Shown here piece by piece: positions 10,877 to 21,767 of a DNA stretch of 64,000 nucleotides (its first letter is position 1; every line of letters starts with the position of its first letter). Source of the DNA: Guillardia theta CCMP2712 (lineage: Eukaryota; Protista; Cryptophyta); contig NW_005434673.1 of NCBI RefSeq assembly GCF_000315625.1, forward strand, positions 62,001 to 126,000. The letters are read 5' to 3'. A program made the translations under genes and the position numbers. Under the pieces are notes generated by a model that did not search any database, had not been told where the DNA came from, and worked only from the letters and a program-made list of their open reading frames with translations.

Positions 10877-13567
10877 ATGGAGCAAGACTGGGTGATGGTT
10901 GGGAAATCGAAGAAACATCACAAGAGCTCGGAGGGTAAGAAGGACTTTCACATGCACAGATTGTTAACTAGACGATTATGCAGGAACAAGGTCGAAAGGG
11001 TCTAATGCGTCACAACACCCGGCCGCCTTGAATGTTGTAAATAATGAGACCTCGGTGCCTTTGAAACCGATCAAACTATCTCTCAATGCCTCCGACCACA
11101 CCGTCGTGGAAGGAGCTGGGGATGACGATGTGACTTCAAATCCAATCAGAGATCGTGAAGAAGAGGGGCATGCACGCATCCATGCTTCCGGGAGATGTTC
11201 CCCGTCCCCAGACCCGTTAGCTATGACTCTTCCCATCAAACCTCACGAAGCTAACGGAGAGAGCTCGGAGGAGTCGTTAAGACCCGAGCCGGAAGGGGCG
11301 GAGAGTGAACCAAGTCCACAGAGCGGTGAGCAGACGGTGTTGTGAATACATTCACTGACTGTGTGTCAGGCCATCTCCCTTCTACTTCTCCATCGCTATC
11401 AGGTGGGAAGCGAGCAGAGGAGGTCGAGAGTTTGGGTACGTCGCTTTTTGGAGGGCACCCTGGAGGGCACCGGAAGGTTTTTCATCTTCGTGCAGGCTCG
11501 CCGAGTAGTGAGCCTCCTCCTCCTGCCATTGCTCCAGCGATCCGACAGGAGGGAGCCAGCGGGGCTGTGAACGAGGGTACACCGGGGACTACTGAGAAGA
11601 AGGTCAAGGTAAGCGATGCACAGCTGTGTCCGGGGCCAATCTTACCTGTCTATCTACCATCTTGTCGACAGCACAAGTCTGGACTTAACTTTCCGCTACA
11701 TCCCACCAGCTGGCCACCAAAGAGCCTCTGCATGGGATCGGACAAGCTCATGACGCTGCCAAACGTCCGCTTCCCCTTGCAGAAACCCCCGTCGTCAGCA
11801 AGCCATCTGAAACAAGCTGCATTGAAATACTTCTTGATCACCAACGTGAGCAGGCCGTGGATAGATCAAGGTCTGTTATACATTTTTCTTCTCTGCCTGG
11901 CCTGTTTGTGATCTCTCGCCCGCTCCTCCCTCTGCTTCTTATCCGATCAGTTTTCTAGTCCTCTCGTCCCTTTGCTGATCGTGGCTATGCTTCGCGTCTT
12001 CCTGTTTCTCTGTCTCTTGCTCTCTCATCTTCACTCCTCTCGCTTGTTCATGTATCTGCCCGCAGGACCTCGATCGTTGCAGCAGGACAGCGTGCTCGTT
12101 GACGCCATCCGCGCTCAGACTCCTCTCATCATCATCTGTGATGGACATGGCTCCATTTCCCTCCTTGACAAGGAGCCTACCGAGGTCCCTGGGGACATCA
12201 AAAACTTCTTGCATGTTGGGGGACGACAAGCTGCCGAGATTTGCAGTCAGACTATCTTGCAGTTCATGAACAAGGTGTGATAGGAGGAGGAGGAGGAGGA
12301 GGAAGAGGAGGAGGATTTTAACTCGTATTAGTATGCAGATGAATTCTCGCTGCACAAGGCTGACGAATTCTTTCATCGGGCATTCTCCTCCGCTCACTCG
12401 ACTGTGCTGAATCAGATCTTCATGGGGACAGAGAAAGATCCTGACGGGCAGCCTGCGAGGAAGGACATGAGCGCGCTGGACGGGACGTACTTCAGTCACA
12501 GCCTCAACAAGTGGCTGCAGCTCGTCCCGAGGAGCAGCGCGATCAACGCGGTCGTCTCCAAGGAGCTCCTCCTCCTCCCCGACGGCTCGCAGTGTCCCTT
12601 CTACAGGAGAGCCAACGGGTCGTGGGAGCACGGAGAGTTCGGCACTACCTGCACAGCCTGCGTCATCCTCAATGCAGCCGACGAGATCAGACCCTACCGC
12701 AAGGTCTGTGTGACCGGAAACGTGGGGGACACAGACGCTTGCCTCTTCCGCTTCAGCTCCGCCATGGCAGGACAGCGTGCAGTGCTAAAGTTTGGGCTGT
12801 GGCTGACGAAGGAGCACTCGCTGTACTCCCGGGAGGAGCGGGAGCGTCCCTTGGAGGCTGGCGGCGTGCTGTCGGACTACGAGGGAGGGGAGGGGATCAA
12901 GTTCAAGCTCAAGGTCGACATCGACATGCCCCAGGGAGGGAGGAATGCTGTGGCATACGAGCCGACAAGGGGTATCGGGCACGCCATCGGACAGTTCCGG
13001 GGGATCATTCCTTCGCCCTCCATCTCAGTGGTAGAAGTAGAAGACGGTGAGTACCACCCTCTGGCTTGCTCTGCTGTCCTGTCTTGTCTTTTCCATGCTC
13101 TCACCCTTCATCTCAGCTTTCCTCTTCTCCCCTCCCCCTCCCCCCCTCCACCAATCGCAACATCATGCGTTTCCACATGTCAGGTTACCACTCCTCACCT
13201 CATCCTGAGATTGTACGCAGGGGATATTATCGTGGTTGGTACGGACGGGCTGTGGAATGCGTTAGGGGGGAGGAGAAGACCAGGAGACACGAGGGAACTG
13301 GGCGAGGAGATGGAAGGAGTTCTGCTTGCAAACATGAAGAAATTCTTCCAGCTGCACAGAGAGAAAGACCCGCAGGCGATAGGTGGAGAGCTCATGAACT
13401 TGGCAAAGGTGAGGAGGAAGCGATCCATGGGGCTGGTGATGACGATGCGAACAGAGGAAAGGGCTGCAGGATAATGCAAGTCTTGCTGTGGTGAAGATTA
13501 CTTCATCGGTAAGTGGAGGAGAAGGGGGAAAGAAGGGAGCAGAATGGAAAGAATGCGGAGACGATGA
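10877..13567 (+). CDS. PP2C/PPM-family protein phosphatase with long disordered N-terminus
   Basis: Motifs in order: QQD, IICDGHG, GGRQAAE, GTTCT, GNVGDT, LTKEH, TRGIGH, IVVGTDGLWN, DNASLAVV. Multi-exon; both ends approximate. Confidence 0.85.
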
Positions 13568-13702
13568 CGAATATGGGAGGGAGGAGGGTGCGAATGAGGG
13601 AGAGGAGAGCGAGGAGGAAATGAGGGAGCAGATTCTGATGACACAACACAGGGGATGATGGTAAACACGTGAAGTTGTGCAATCTACATGTATATACAAC
13701 AT

Positions 13703-16657
13703 TTACATCTGCTCGTGTGCTCTCCCTCTCGCTCCTCCCGTGTCCTCCTCTGACTTGCTTGACTCCTCCTCTCCTCCTCCTCTCCTCCTCCTCCTCCTCC
13801 TCCTCCTCCTCCACGTCATCATTGAGACTGTCGTGCTTGGCTGTTGAATCCGAAGCCGTTGAAGACCTGCAGTCAACATCAGAGAAGAACCAAGAGAAGA
13901 GGGAGAAGTCAGGCTGGGGCTAATGAAGAAGGAAAGGCGGAGAGAGCGCGGGCTGACCTGGTTGAAGGAGTTCTCTAGGGAGGAGGGATCAAGGTAACTC
14001 GGTAAGAAACTCTGGTGAAGTTTTCGCATGCTGCTGCTCCTGGAGCCAAGGAAGCCGTCACTCCTCCCAGGTGTGCTGCCGCGCCGTGCGGTCAACTGCA
14101 AGGTGGACGTTCTACTCTCCTTCCTCGTGCTGTCTCTTGCTGGCAGCAGGTGGGCTGGTTGCGGTTGCTGCAGCGTCTCGAAGCTCCCAAGGGTCTTGCC
14201 GTGCTTGCCCTGCAGGAGGCGATTGAGGCTGTCAAAGCTCTCGGCTCCTCCTCCAGCCCTCCTGTAGCTGGCCGTGAGCTCGTCCACTCTTTCCAGCTGC
14301 GAAGGAGCCTCTTCCTCATAGAAGGTCTTGAGTAGAGCTCTCACCGCTGCCACCTCATGCTCCAGCCTCTCAGATCCAGCGCCCGCAGCCTGGTGGGTAG
14401 AGGGGGGAGGATCGGCCTTGGCCTCCTCCCTACTTGTGGTGGGCTGACTGCCGTTGAAGATTGAGGAGACGCCGAGCTGGTTCTTGATCTCTGCGATGAG
14501 AGGATTGTTGCGAGGAGCAGGACGTAATTTCTGTTTCTGTTCTCCTCCCGTCAACCTGGCGAGCTCTTCCTGCATCTTCTCCTGCATTGCCCTGAGCGAT
14601 TCCTCCATTCTCTCGCAGATGTTGTGCTCGAGCTGTTGCATCCTGGCCTCAAGCATGGACGGGAGGTCCTCCATCCTCGAGCTCGTGGTGGAGGAGGAGG
14701 AGCGGGAGTCGTACAGGTAGTTGTCCTGGAGCTGAACAAGAACAGACTTGAGGACGAAGAGGACTGTGCTGTTCCAACCGGGTCCCTCCTCCTGCATGGC
14801 GTTAAAGATGTGTCTCTGCATGAACTCAAAGATCTGCATCCGAATGGCCCTCTCAAACTCTTCGCGGTTGAGGGCCAGCGTCTCATCTCCGCCCCCGGCG
14901 CTCTTGAAGAATTCCTTCACGTCCTGGTTTGACATCTTGATCGTCGGGTACACGGGGATCAGCGTCACTCCCGCCTGCAACTCTGACCGTGAGATGCAGC
15001 CGACGTTCTTGATATCAACAATGCCAAAGATCGTGTCGATCCTTCTCGTCAGCTCCTGTTGAGAATCGTAGATAGACAGGGAGGACAGGAGCGGGTCCAG
15101 GCTGCGGATGTCCTTGACTCTGCCGTTCTTCTCGATACGCTCGAGGAGGAGCTTCTGCTTCTCCCTCTCCGAGGCGGAGGTGAAGTTGTCGAGGAGCACG
15201 GCGACAACCACCTGCAGCAAGATCCACCCCACGACAAGGATGAAGGAGATGAAGAAAAGTCCTCCTGTCAAGCTCGGCACTTGATTCCCGTTGGAGTCAA
15301 TGGCTCCGGGATAGTCGAACGCCCATCCGTCCGACATGCCTGCGGCGATGGAGAAGAGAGAAGTGAGGGAGAGCGAGAAGCTGCTGAAGTGCTCCGGGTT
15401 CTGCTGCCCGAAGAAGCCGACAGCCAGGATGGCGTACATAGCAGAGATGAGGGTGAGGATGACGAAGGCGTTGAGGACAGGAATGAGACTTCCTATCAGC
15501 GCGTTGATGATGAGCCTGAGGCTCTTCAGCCGTCCGAACAGCCTCACGACTCGGAACGCACGCATCATACGAAGAACGTTGACACCTGGAAGGTTCTCAA
15601 CAGCGAACACAAGCAGTGATCCAGCAACGATGAAGATATCGAAGAGGTTCCAGCCGCTGGTGATGAAGGGCCAAAACCAGTGAGCAAACGCGTTCACCAC
15701 CAGTTCCAAAGTAAAGAATATCGTGAAGATAAGATCGAACGTATCGAAAAGCTTGCTGACATGAGACCCTGGCGAATTCGCCACCTCGCTCTGTATGGCA
15801 TTGCAGAGAAAATTGAGAAGGATGAGGGCAACAAAAAATCCCTGGACAGCCGTGTGGTTGTAAAACAACCTTATCTTCTCTTGCAATAGGCCGATCTGGT
15901 TCTTGGAGACATAGATATGAACATGATTCGCCTCAGTTATCGTTGCCTTCAACACTCCCATCCACTCCATGCAAGCCTGCGGATCGTCGAGTTTGATCTC
16001 GAAAGACTTCCCCAGACATCTGCTGTTCTTCTTCGTGATGATTTCTAAGACCTTGGTGTCGACATCATTCAATGCGATGAATGAAAGTAAGTCAGATCGC
16101 ATGTTACCAGGAAGGTTGTACTTGGACTTATTGCTAGACGCCTCTTCCAGAAAGTGAGCGAACTGCTCGAAAGTGAAGTGCTCACAATCTTCATCCCCGA
16201 TCATGGAGAACAAATAATCCATGTATTGATCTGAGCAATTCATCGACAACTCCACAAATACTGCTCTCATCTCGGCCTTGTCCAATGTCCCAGAATGGTT
16301 CGTATCCCATCTGTCGAAGATCTCCTTCCATCGTGACAGAATGCTCGCTCTATTCTCGACGAAAGGCTCGATCCTCCCACGACGGACTCGATAGATGTCG
16401 TTCAGTACAATATCTTCTTCTACAGCGCCGTTCTCGTCGTACATGACGAGACGCTTGTTTGTAAACAACATCCTGCACGTCCTCCACGATTTATCATGGC
16501 ACCGCACCTGCACCATACCTTCCTTCACCACAGCCGACGAATTGAGGGAAAGCAGAGACGTAGAGAAGTTCATGAACGACCCTGATCGCTTCATGGTCGA
16601 CATTGTCTTCCTCATCTTCCCTGCCGTCTCTTCACTCGGCGGCGACGCCGCCGCCAT
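13703..16657 (-). CDS. Single-domain (1x6TM) voltage-gated Na+/Ca2+-type channel (EukCat/BacNav/CatSper-like) with split PH domain, EF-hands and coiled coil
   Basis: S2 FTIFFTLE, S3 GWNLFD, S4 LRMMRAFRVVRLFGR, pore PEHFSSF..SLFSIAAGMSDGW, S6 VVVAVLLDNF. EF-hand DTNHSGTLDKAE and a post-S6 EF-like pair. A possible intron near 13935 may change the C-terminus. Confidence 0.9.
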   Translation of the reverse strand: MAAASPPSEETAGKMRKTMSTMKRSGSFMNFSTSLLSLNSSAVVKEGMVQVRCHDKSWRTCRMLFTNKRLVMYDENGAVEEDIVLNDIYRVRRGRIEPFVENRASILSRWKEIFDRWDTNHSGTLDKAEMRAVFVELSMNCSDQYMDYLFSMIGDEDCEHFTFEQFAHFLEEASSNKSKYNLPGNMRSDLLSFIALNDVDTKVLEIITKKNSRCLGKSFEIKLDDPQACMEWMGVLKATITEANHVHIYVSKNQIGLLQEKIRLFYNHTAVQGFFVALILLNFLCNAIQSEVANSPGSHVSKLFDTFDLIFTIFFTLELVVNAFAHWFWPFITSGWNLFDIFIVAGSLLVFAVENLPGVNVLRMMRAFRVVRLFGRLKSLRLIINALIGSLIPVLNAFVILTLISAMYAILAVGFFGQQNPEHFSSFSLSLTSLFSIAAGMSDGWAFDYPGAIDSNGNQVPSLTGGLFFISFILVVGWILLQVVVAVLLDNFTSASEREKQKLLLERIEKNGRVKDIRSLDPLLSSLSIYDSQQELTRRIDTIFGIVDIKNVGCISRSELQAGVTLIPVYPTIKMSNQDVKEFFKSAGGGDETLALNREEFERAIRMQIFEFMQRHIFNAMQEEGPGWNSTVLFVLKSVLVQLQDNYLYDSRSSSSTTSSRMEDLPSMLEARMQQLEHNICERMEESLRAMQEKMQEELARLTGGEQKQKLRPAPRNNPLIAEIKNQLGVSSIFNGSQPTTSREEAKADPPPSTHQAAGAGSERLEHEVAAVRALLKTFYEEEAPSQLERVDELTASYRRAGGGAESFDSLNRLLQGKHGKTLGSFETLQQPQPAHLLPARDSTRKESRTSTLQLTARRGSTPGRSDGFLGSRSSSMRKLHQSFLPSYLDPSSLENSFNQVSPRSLRLSFFISPSLTSPSSLGSSLMLTAGLQRLRIQQPSTTVSMMTWRRRRRRRRRRGGGEEESSKSEEDTGGARGRAHEQM

Positions 16658-19128
16658 GAAGGTAGACTTCGTGAACTGGATAAATGTGCACCGTTTTTGG
16701 GGGGTGGGGGGGGGGGGGTCGGAGGTCTTCGAGTTCCTTTGGGTACTGTTGGCTAAGTAGGGGTCCCTGTGAGTTGAAAACTCAAATGTAGTCGAAACGT
16801 GGGGTACTTTGTACTAAAAGGATGGGTGAGTAAGAAAAAAATCTTCTTTCGAAGGGTCTTTAGCTTATCAATGGGGTTGTAAACCGGGGGGGTGGTTTGT
16901 GCACCCCTTCTAGTTTTAACTTCCCATGGACCCCTAGGGATATAGGACCACTAGTATCCTTCCATACGGATTCCAGACCCTACCCCTACCTATATATGTA
17001 CCGTACCATTGCTTTCGCTGTATATTTATTCCGTGGTGTACCCTACCCCCTCCGTATCCCTTTCCAAAGGAGTTGTTTTTCCGTCACTTTACATGGAGGA
17101 CCACCCCTGTCACTCCTTTGAACCTGGATTTGTCAGACTCGATTTGGACGGGTGTGAATTACTTTCATACCGGTCATTTTCATACATCAACCAGTCACTT
17201 GAGATAGGTAGGGTGTTTAATGCTATGGGTGGGTGAGCTATGAATGGGTGAAGGTGGGGTGGTAACTGCTTTACCTTTGGCATTGCCCGCCCCTATTTTT
17301 ACCCCTCCGTCACCGAAGGATCAGATCCACCCCACCCACCCACAGGATCAAATGCTCCACCCTACCCTACAACTCTCAATAAAAAGGCGGAAAATCCTAA
17401 CGACCCAACCCCTGCTCAACGACTTGGAAGGTACTAGTGGTCCACCCCTACCATCACCACCACCTCACTACCCCCCAATTAAGACATATTCGGTACCCAC
17501 CTGCTCCAAAAGTAAACAAATACCACCCACCCCACCTGTGGTACCTCGGGACACTGCTCTGTGACCAACAAGAACCGACCACCCGGTGACCTCTTTCTCA
17601 CTACCCTACCACCTCTTTGACCCGACTCCAGAGCCCCGATGACCGGTAATGATTAATCCACGTACCAAACATAAATCCGTGTTTTTTTTTCTTTTTTTTC
17701 CCGGGTTGTTTCCTAAAGGCATTGGTTAGTTCCGTCTGCAGAACAATCATGGCGAGGGAAATACCGGGAAGGGCGGCGGGAAGGCTACGATCATCAACTT
17801 AGCTTGAGGGTTGCGAGTAAGCTCGCCACAAACACTTTCCCATGGCTGAACATGCTAGGAAAGATACTTGCTTCAAACGACAACATGATGAAGGGAGCGG
17901 GGAAAGTCATTGCTGAACAGGGCACATGCACGACTGAAACAAAATCCCACAATCCAGCACCTGCAAGCTAGGGTACTTCTCATCGACCTCTTCAAGTCCG
18001 ATTGTACATTGATTGATCATGTCAAACCCTGTAAAGATCGCAGTCTTCATGTTGCTGCGACACGGACAATCGCAATTTTCCAGCAAAGACAGGAATGGCT
18101 CCCGCAGCAAGAGTTACATTTGGATCAAGAGTTACATCTGGATCAAGAGCTCTTAGATGACATCGATGGTGTTCTTCCTGTATTGCAAGCTGCAATTCAG
18201 AGCTGAGTTGGGATGAAACCCCTCAAACCCACCACCCACCCCTATCAGAAGCTCGTCCACTCGGCTCTCGCCTTCGTGCCCTGATTCCTTCCTCCCTTCT
18301 CCGTCTACTTCCCCCTCTCCCTCCCTGCATCTGTCCCCTCATGTCATGATCCTATGTACAGGTTGTGCAGGGCTCCATTTCATAAACGTTCGAACAACGT
18401 CTGAATGAAGATGATTGTGATGAATAGTATTCATCACCACAGAACTTGTACGCCCATACAATAAACACCTTTCTCACTTTAATGATTCTCTTCATGTCTT
18501 ATATTAAAAGTATACATCATGGTGCATTTGTCTGCTAAACTGATATCTTGTGTCACGTGTGTTGACAGCAAACACCAGGCATTGAGCAGGTGGAAACTTG
18601 GAGTTATTTTGTGAGTCTTTCAAACAGGCGAAGTTTGAAACCAGCACGAGATAGAGAGAAGGTTCATACCATGAAGCAAACATGTCAACGAAGCTCAAGC
18701 AATCCTAAGCAACAGGTGCCATGATGTCACATGAGCACTCGGCACTTCCGAACTTCGGAAGCGAAGACTTGAACTTTCGAAATGCTAGGGCCCCGGGGCT
18801 GCGGCGGGAGGACGACAGAAGGTGCGAGAGCAGAGATCGGAAGGAGCAGGAGGAGCAGGGCAGAGAGGGGACAGGACGTGGTAGGGAGTGAGAGCAGGAG
18901 AGGGAAGCAAGCAGTCAGTGCTGCCAAGTTGTGGGAACTTGAGTCGGAGGCCGCGTAGCTATGACGAGTAGCGAATTGGAGGCAAAGAAGGATGTGCGGT
19001 ATGAGGGGCAAAGCCAGCACTAGGAGCGAAAGAGGGAGGGGAAGGAGGAAGAGGGAAGGAGTTGGAAGGGGAGGGAAAGGGGAGCTGAACATGGTGGGTA
19101 CAGCAGAGAGAGAGGAGGAGCAGGTAAC

Positions 19129-21648
19129 ATGATGATACAGCAGTCGGTACACCATCTCCTCCACTACCACCTCTGCCTCCGCCTCTTCATCCTCCTCCTG
19201 CTTCTCAATGTGTCCAGCTCGTCTAGGCGGTGCAAGCCCGGAAGTCACGAACACGCTGCTGGCTACATACAGGCTGGAGCAGAAGCTTATGATAACGGCA
19301 AGCTGGATGCTGCTGCTTCCTGCTTCGAGCTGGCAGCGAGGGTGAACCCTCAGGACGGCCCCTCATCTGCAGTCGCGCTGTCCAACCTCGCCACGGTGAA
19401 GAGAGACCAGGGAAGAGTTGGGGAGGCGCTCGAGCTCATGAGGGACGCGCGGAAGATGGCGCCCGAGGACGCAGAGACAGCGTTCCTGCTGGGGAAGATG
19501 CTGGGGGACGCAGGACAAGGAAAAGAAGCGATCCTCCACCTCGAGCACGCGTGCCATCAGGATCCCTCACACTTCCGCGCCTGGTCGCAGCTGGGGGTGG
19601 AGCTGGACAAGGCTCGAGAGCACGCACGGGCCCTGCTGATGTACGAGCAGGCGGTCAAAGTGAAGGAGGACTACCTCACGGCCAAAGTTCAGATCGCGCT
19701 GGCAGCTGGAAACCTGCAGGACTGCGAGCGGTCGCGGCGGATGGGACGAGAGGCGCTGGGGGGCATCAGGGGGGAGGTGCCGTACCTGTCCGCCCTGGCG
19801 ACCTCCTTCAAGCGATGCGGCGACAGAGAGGGCGAGAGGGAGGCTTACTTGCGCGCCCTCCTCCTCCATCCAGGAGCGATCTTCGAGGTCGGAGGGGAGA
19901 AGAGGACGGTAGAGGAACGGTTCGCAGCTTTGCTGGCGGAGGAAGGAAAGCATGGCGTAGCCATCCAGTTCCTTGAGAAGGCGAAGAGGCAGAAAGAGCA
20001 CCATGCTCCTTCGCTCCTCTCGCTCCTCGGCTTCTGTTACAGTCAGTTGGGAAGCAGGTTCTATCCTGAGGCCATGGCGGCGCTGGAGAAAAGCTGCCGA
20101 CTCTACGAGAGTCTGCGGGGGGAGGAGAGGAAAGAGCTGGGGCCTGTGCTGGGGAACCTCCTTCGCCTTAAGTTTGTGACGGGCAACTGGACACGCTTAA
20201 ACTTCTTCCTCTCTTCCTTTGCGAGGATAGCGAGGGAGAGCTCTAGAGCTGAGGCTCCTCCTCCCTCGAACCCGGTCTTCGTGCTCGCCTACCCTGTGGA
20301 CGACAGTGTCCTCCTCAGCATTGCCATGCTCTACGCTAAGGGACAGCGCCAAAAGTTTGCTGGCGCTACCTCACTGCCCCTCCCCCGTGCCCCCGACCTG
20401 CTCGAGCTCCCAGCGGGCAAGAAGCTGACGATCGGCTTTCTGGCTCCCGGACAGGGCAATGGGGTAGGGAGCCACCTGGCCTCCTGGTCATTCTGGCAGC
20501 ACTGCAAGCAGAGCTCGAGGATCAGCTGCGTGCTCTTCTCGGACAAGGATGAGGGCGAGGAGGGAGGGAGGAGGGAGGTCGAGCATGTGCAACTGACTGG
20601 AGAGCTGAGGAGAGACGCGAGCTCGTTGATCAGCAAGAGGTTTCACGTTCTCCTCGACATTTTCGGACACACTGAGGGCAGCAGGCCGGAGCTGCTCCTC
20701 TCCTCCTCCAGCCTGCCTCCTGTCAGGATGCAGTTCTACGGGTACGAGGGGAGCTATGGAGACCGGGACCTCTTCCCCTTCCACCTTTCCGACTGGGCAA
20801 CAGCGGCTGTGGACGCAGCTGCTCCTCCTGCTGACCCGACGGCAGCGACACCCGGGATGTTCGTTGAGAAGCTCGTCCTCCTTCCTCCTTCTAAGTTTCC
20901 GAGCGGTGCGCTACCAGCAGCAGGAGACTCGCTGGATGAGGAGGAGGAGCGAAGAATGGAGCACATGCTGTTCGGAACGGAGGGTCACTGGAGGAGGAAC
21001 GAGACGTTCGTCTTCTGCAGCTTCGCCAAGTCCTACAAGCTCCACCCCCGCCTCTTCAAGACCTGGGTCTCCATCCTCCTCCGCTCTCCCAACTCCATCC
21101 TTTGGCTGCTGAGCTACCCCGACGGCTCCGACCTTGCTCGCCCGCGGCTCCGGGAGCACGCAGAGAGGATGGGGCTCGATCCAGCTCGGCTCGTGGTCAC
21201 AGGCCTGCTTGAGAGGAAGAGGCACCTTCTGCTCAAGGGCACCTTCGCCCATCTCCTCCTCGACTCCTTCCCTTACAATGGGCATCTCACCACAGCAGAG
21301 GCCCTCGCCGCCGGCATTCCCGTCCTGGCCCTCCCTCAGACTCGCCCGGCCTCCCGCCTCAGTTCCAGCATGTTAGCTGCCCTGCAGCTGCACCCGAGAC
21401 TTGTAGCTCGCGACCTGGAGGACTACGAGGAGCTCGCGGTCAGGATCGCATCGAGCTGGAACAAGAATGTGACGCACTCGTGGTTTGCGGAGACGAGGGA
21501 GGAGCTCAGGAGGAGGCGAGCAGTAGGAGAAGGTTTCTTCGACTCCAGGAGATACGCGGAGAAGTTTTCGCAAGCCATGAGCATGACGTGGGATCTGGAG
21601 GAGAACAGCGAGACGTTGGGGAGACGCTTCCACGTGATCTGCAACTGA
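19129..21648 (+). CDS. TPR-containing GT41 glycosyltransferase (OGT/SPINDLY-like) with signal peptide, intronless
   Basis: Multiple TPRs, then LLDIFGHTEGSR, VFCSFAKSYKL, WVSILLRSPNSILWLL, LDSFPYNGHLTTAEALAAGIPVLAL and ASRLSSSML, all typical of GT41. Hydrophobic leader LRLFILLLLLNVSSS. Confidence 0.9.
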   Translation: MMIQQSVHHLLHYHLCLRLFILLLLLNVSSSSRRCKPGSHEHAAGYIQAGAEAYDNGKLDAAASCFELAARVNPQDGPSSAVALSNLATVKRDQGRVGEALELMRDARKMAPEDAETAFLLGKMLGDAGQGKEAILHLEHACHQDPSHFRAWSQLGVELDKAREHARALLMYEQAVKVKEDYLTAKVQIALAAGNLQDCERSRRMGREALGGIRGEVPYLSALATSFKRCGDREGEREAYLRALLLHPGAIFEVGGEKRTVEERFAALLAEEGKHGVAIQFLEKAKRQKEHHAPSLLSLLGFCYSQLGSRFYPEAMAALEKSCRLYESLRGEERKELGPVLGNLLRLKFVTGNWTRLNFFLSSFARIARESSRAEAPPPSNPVFVLAYPVDDSVLLSIAMLYAKGQRQKFAGATSLPLPRAPDLLELPAGKKLTIGFLAPGQGNGVGSHLASWSFWQHCKQSSRISCVLFSDKDEGEEGGRREVEHVQLTGELRRDASSLISKRFHVLLDIFGHTEGSRPELLLSSSSLPPVRMQFYGYEGSYGDRDLFPFHLSDWATAAVDAAAPPADPTAATPGMFVEKLVLLPPSKFPSGALPAAGDSLDEEEERRMEHMLFGTEGHWRRNETFVFCSFAKSYKLHPRLFKTWVSILLRSPNSILWLLSYPDGSDLARPRLREHAERMGLDPARLVVTGLLERKRHLLLKGTFAHLLLDSFPYNGHLTTAEALAAGIPVLALPQTRPASRLSSSMLAALQLHPRLVARDLEDYEELAVRIASSWNKNVTHSWFAETREELRRRRAVGEGFFDSRRYAEKFSQAMSMTWDLEENSETLGRRFHVICN

Positions 21649-21767
21649 GAGCAGCGAGAGAGATTGGAAGAAAAGGAGAGTTGCCTCGGAAGTTTTGTCA
21701 TGATAGAGGTAAGAATAACTACTTGTACAATGAATGTTGATGATGGTCCATACGCGATGCCTCCTTG

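Noticed and set aside
17750-18206. Small ORFs including an 18-bp QELHLD duplication
   Set aside because: No consistent spliced model or recognisable family could be built.
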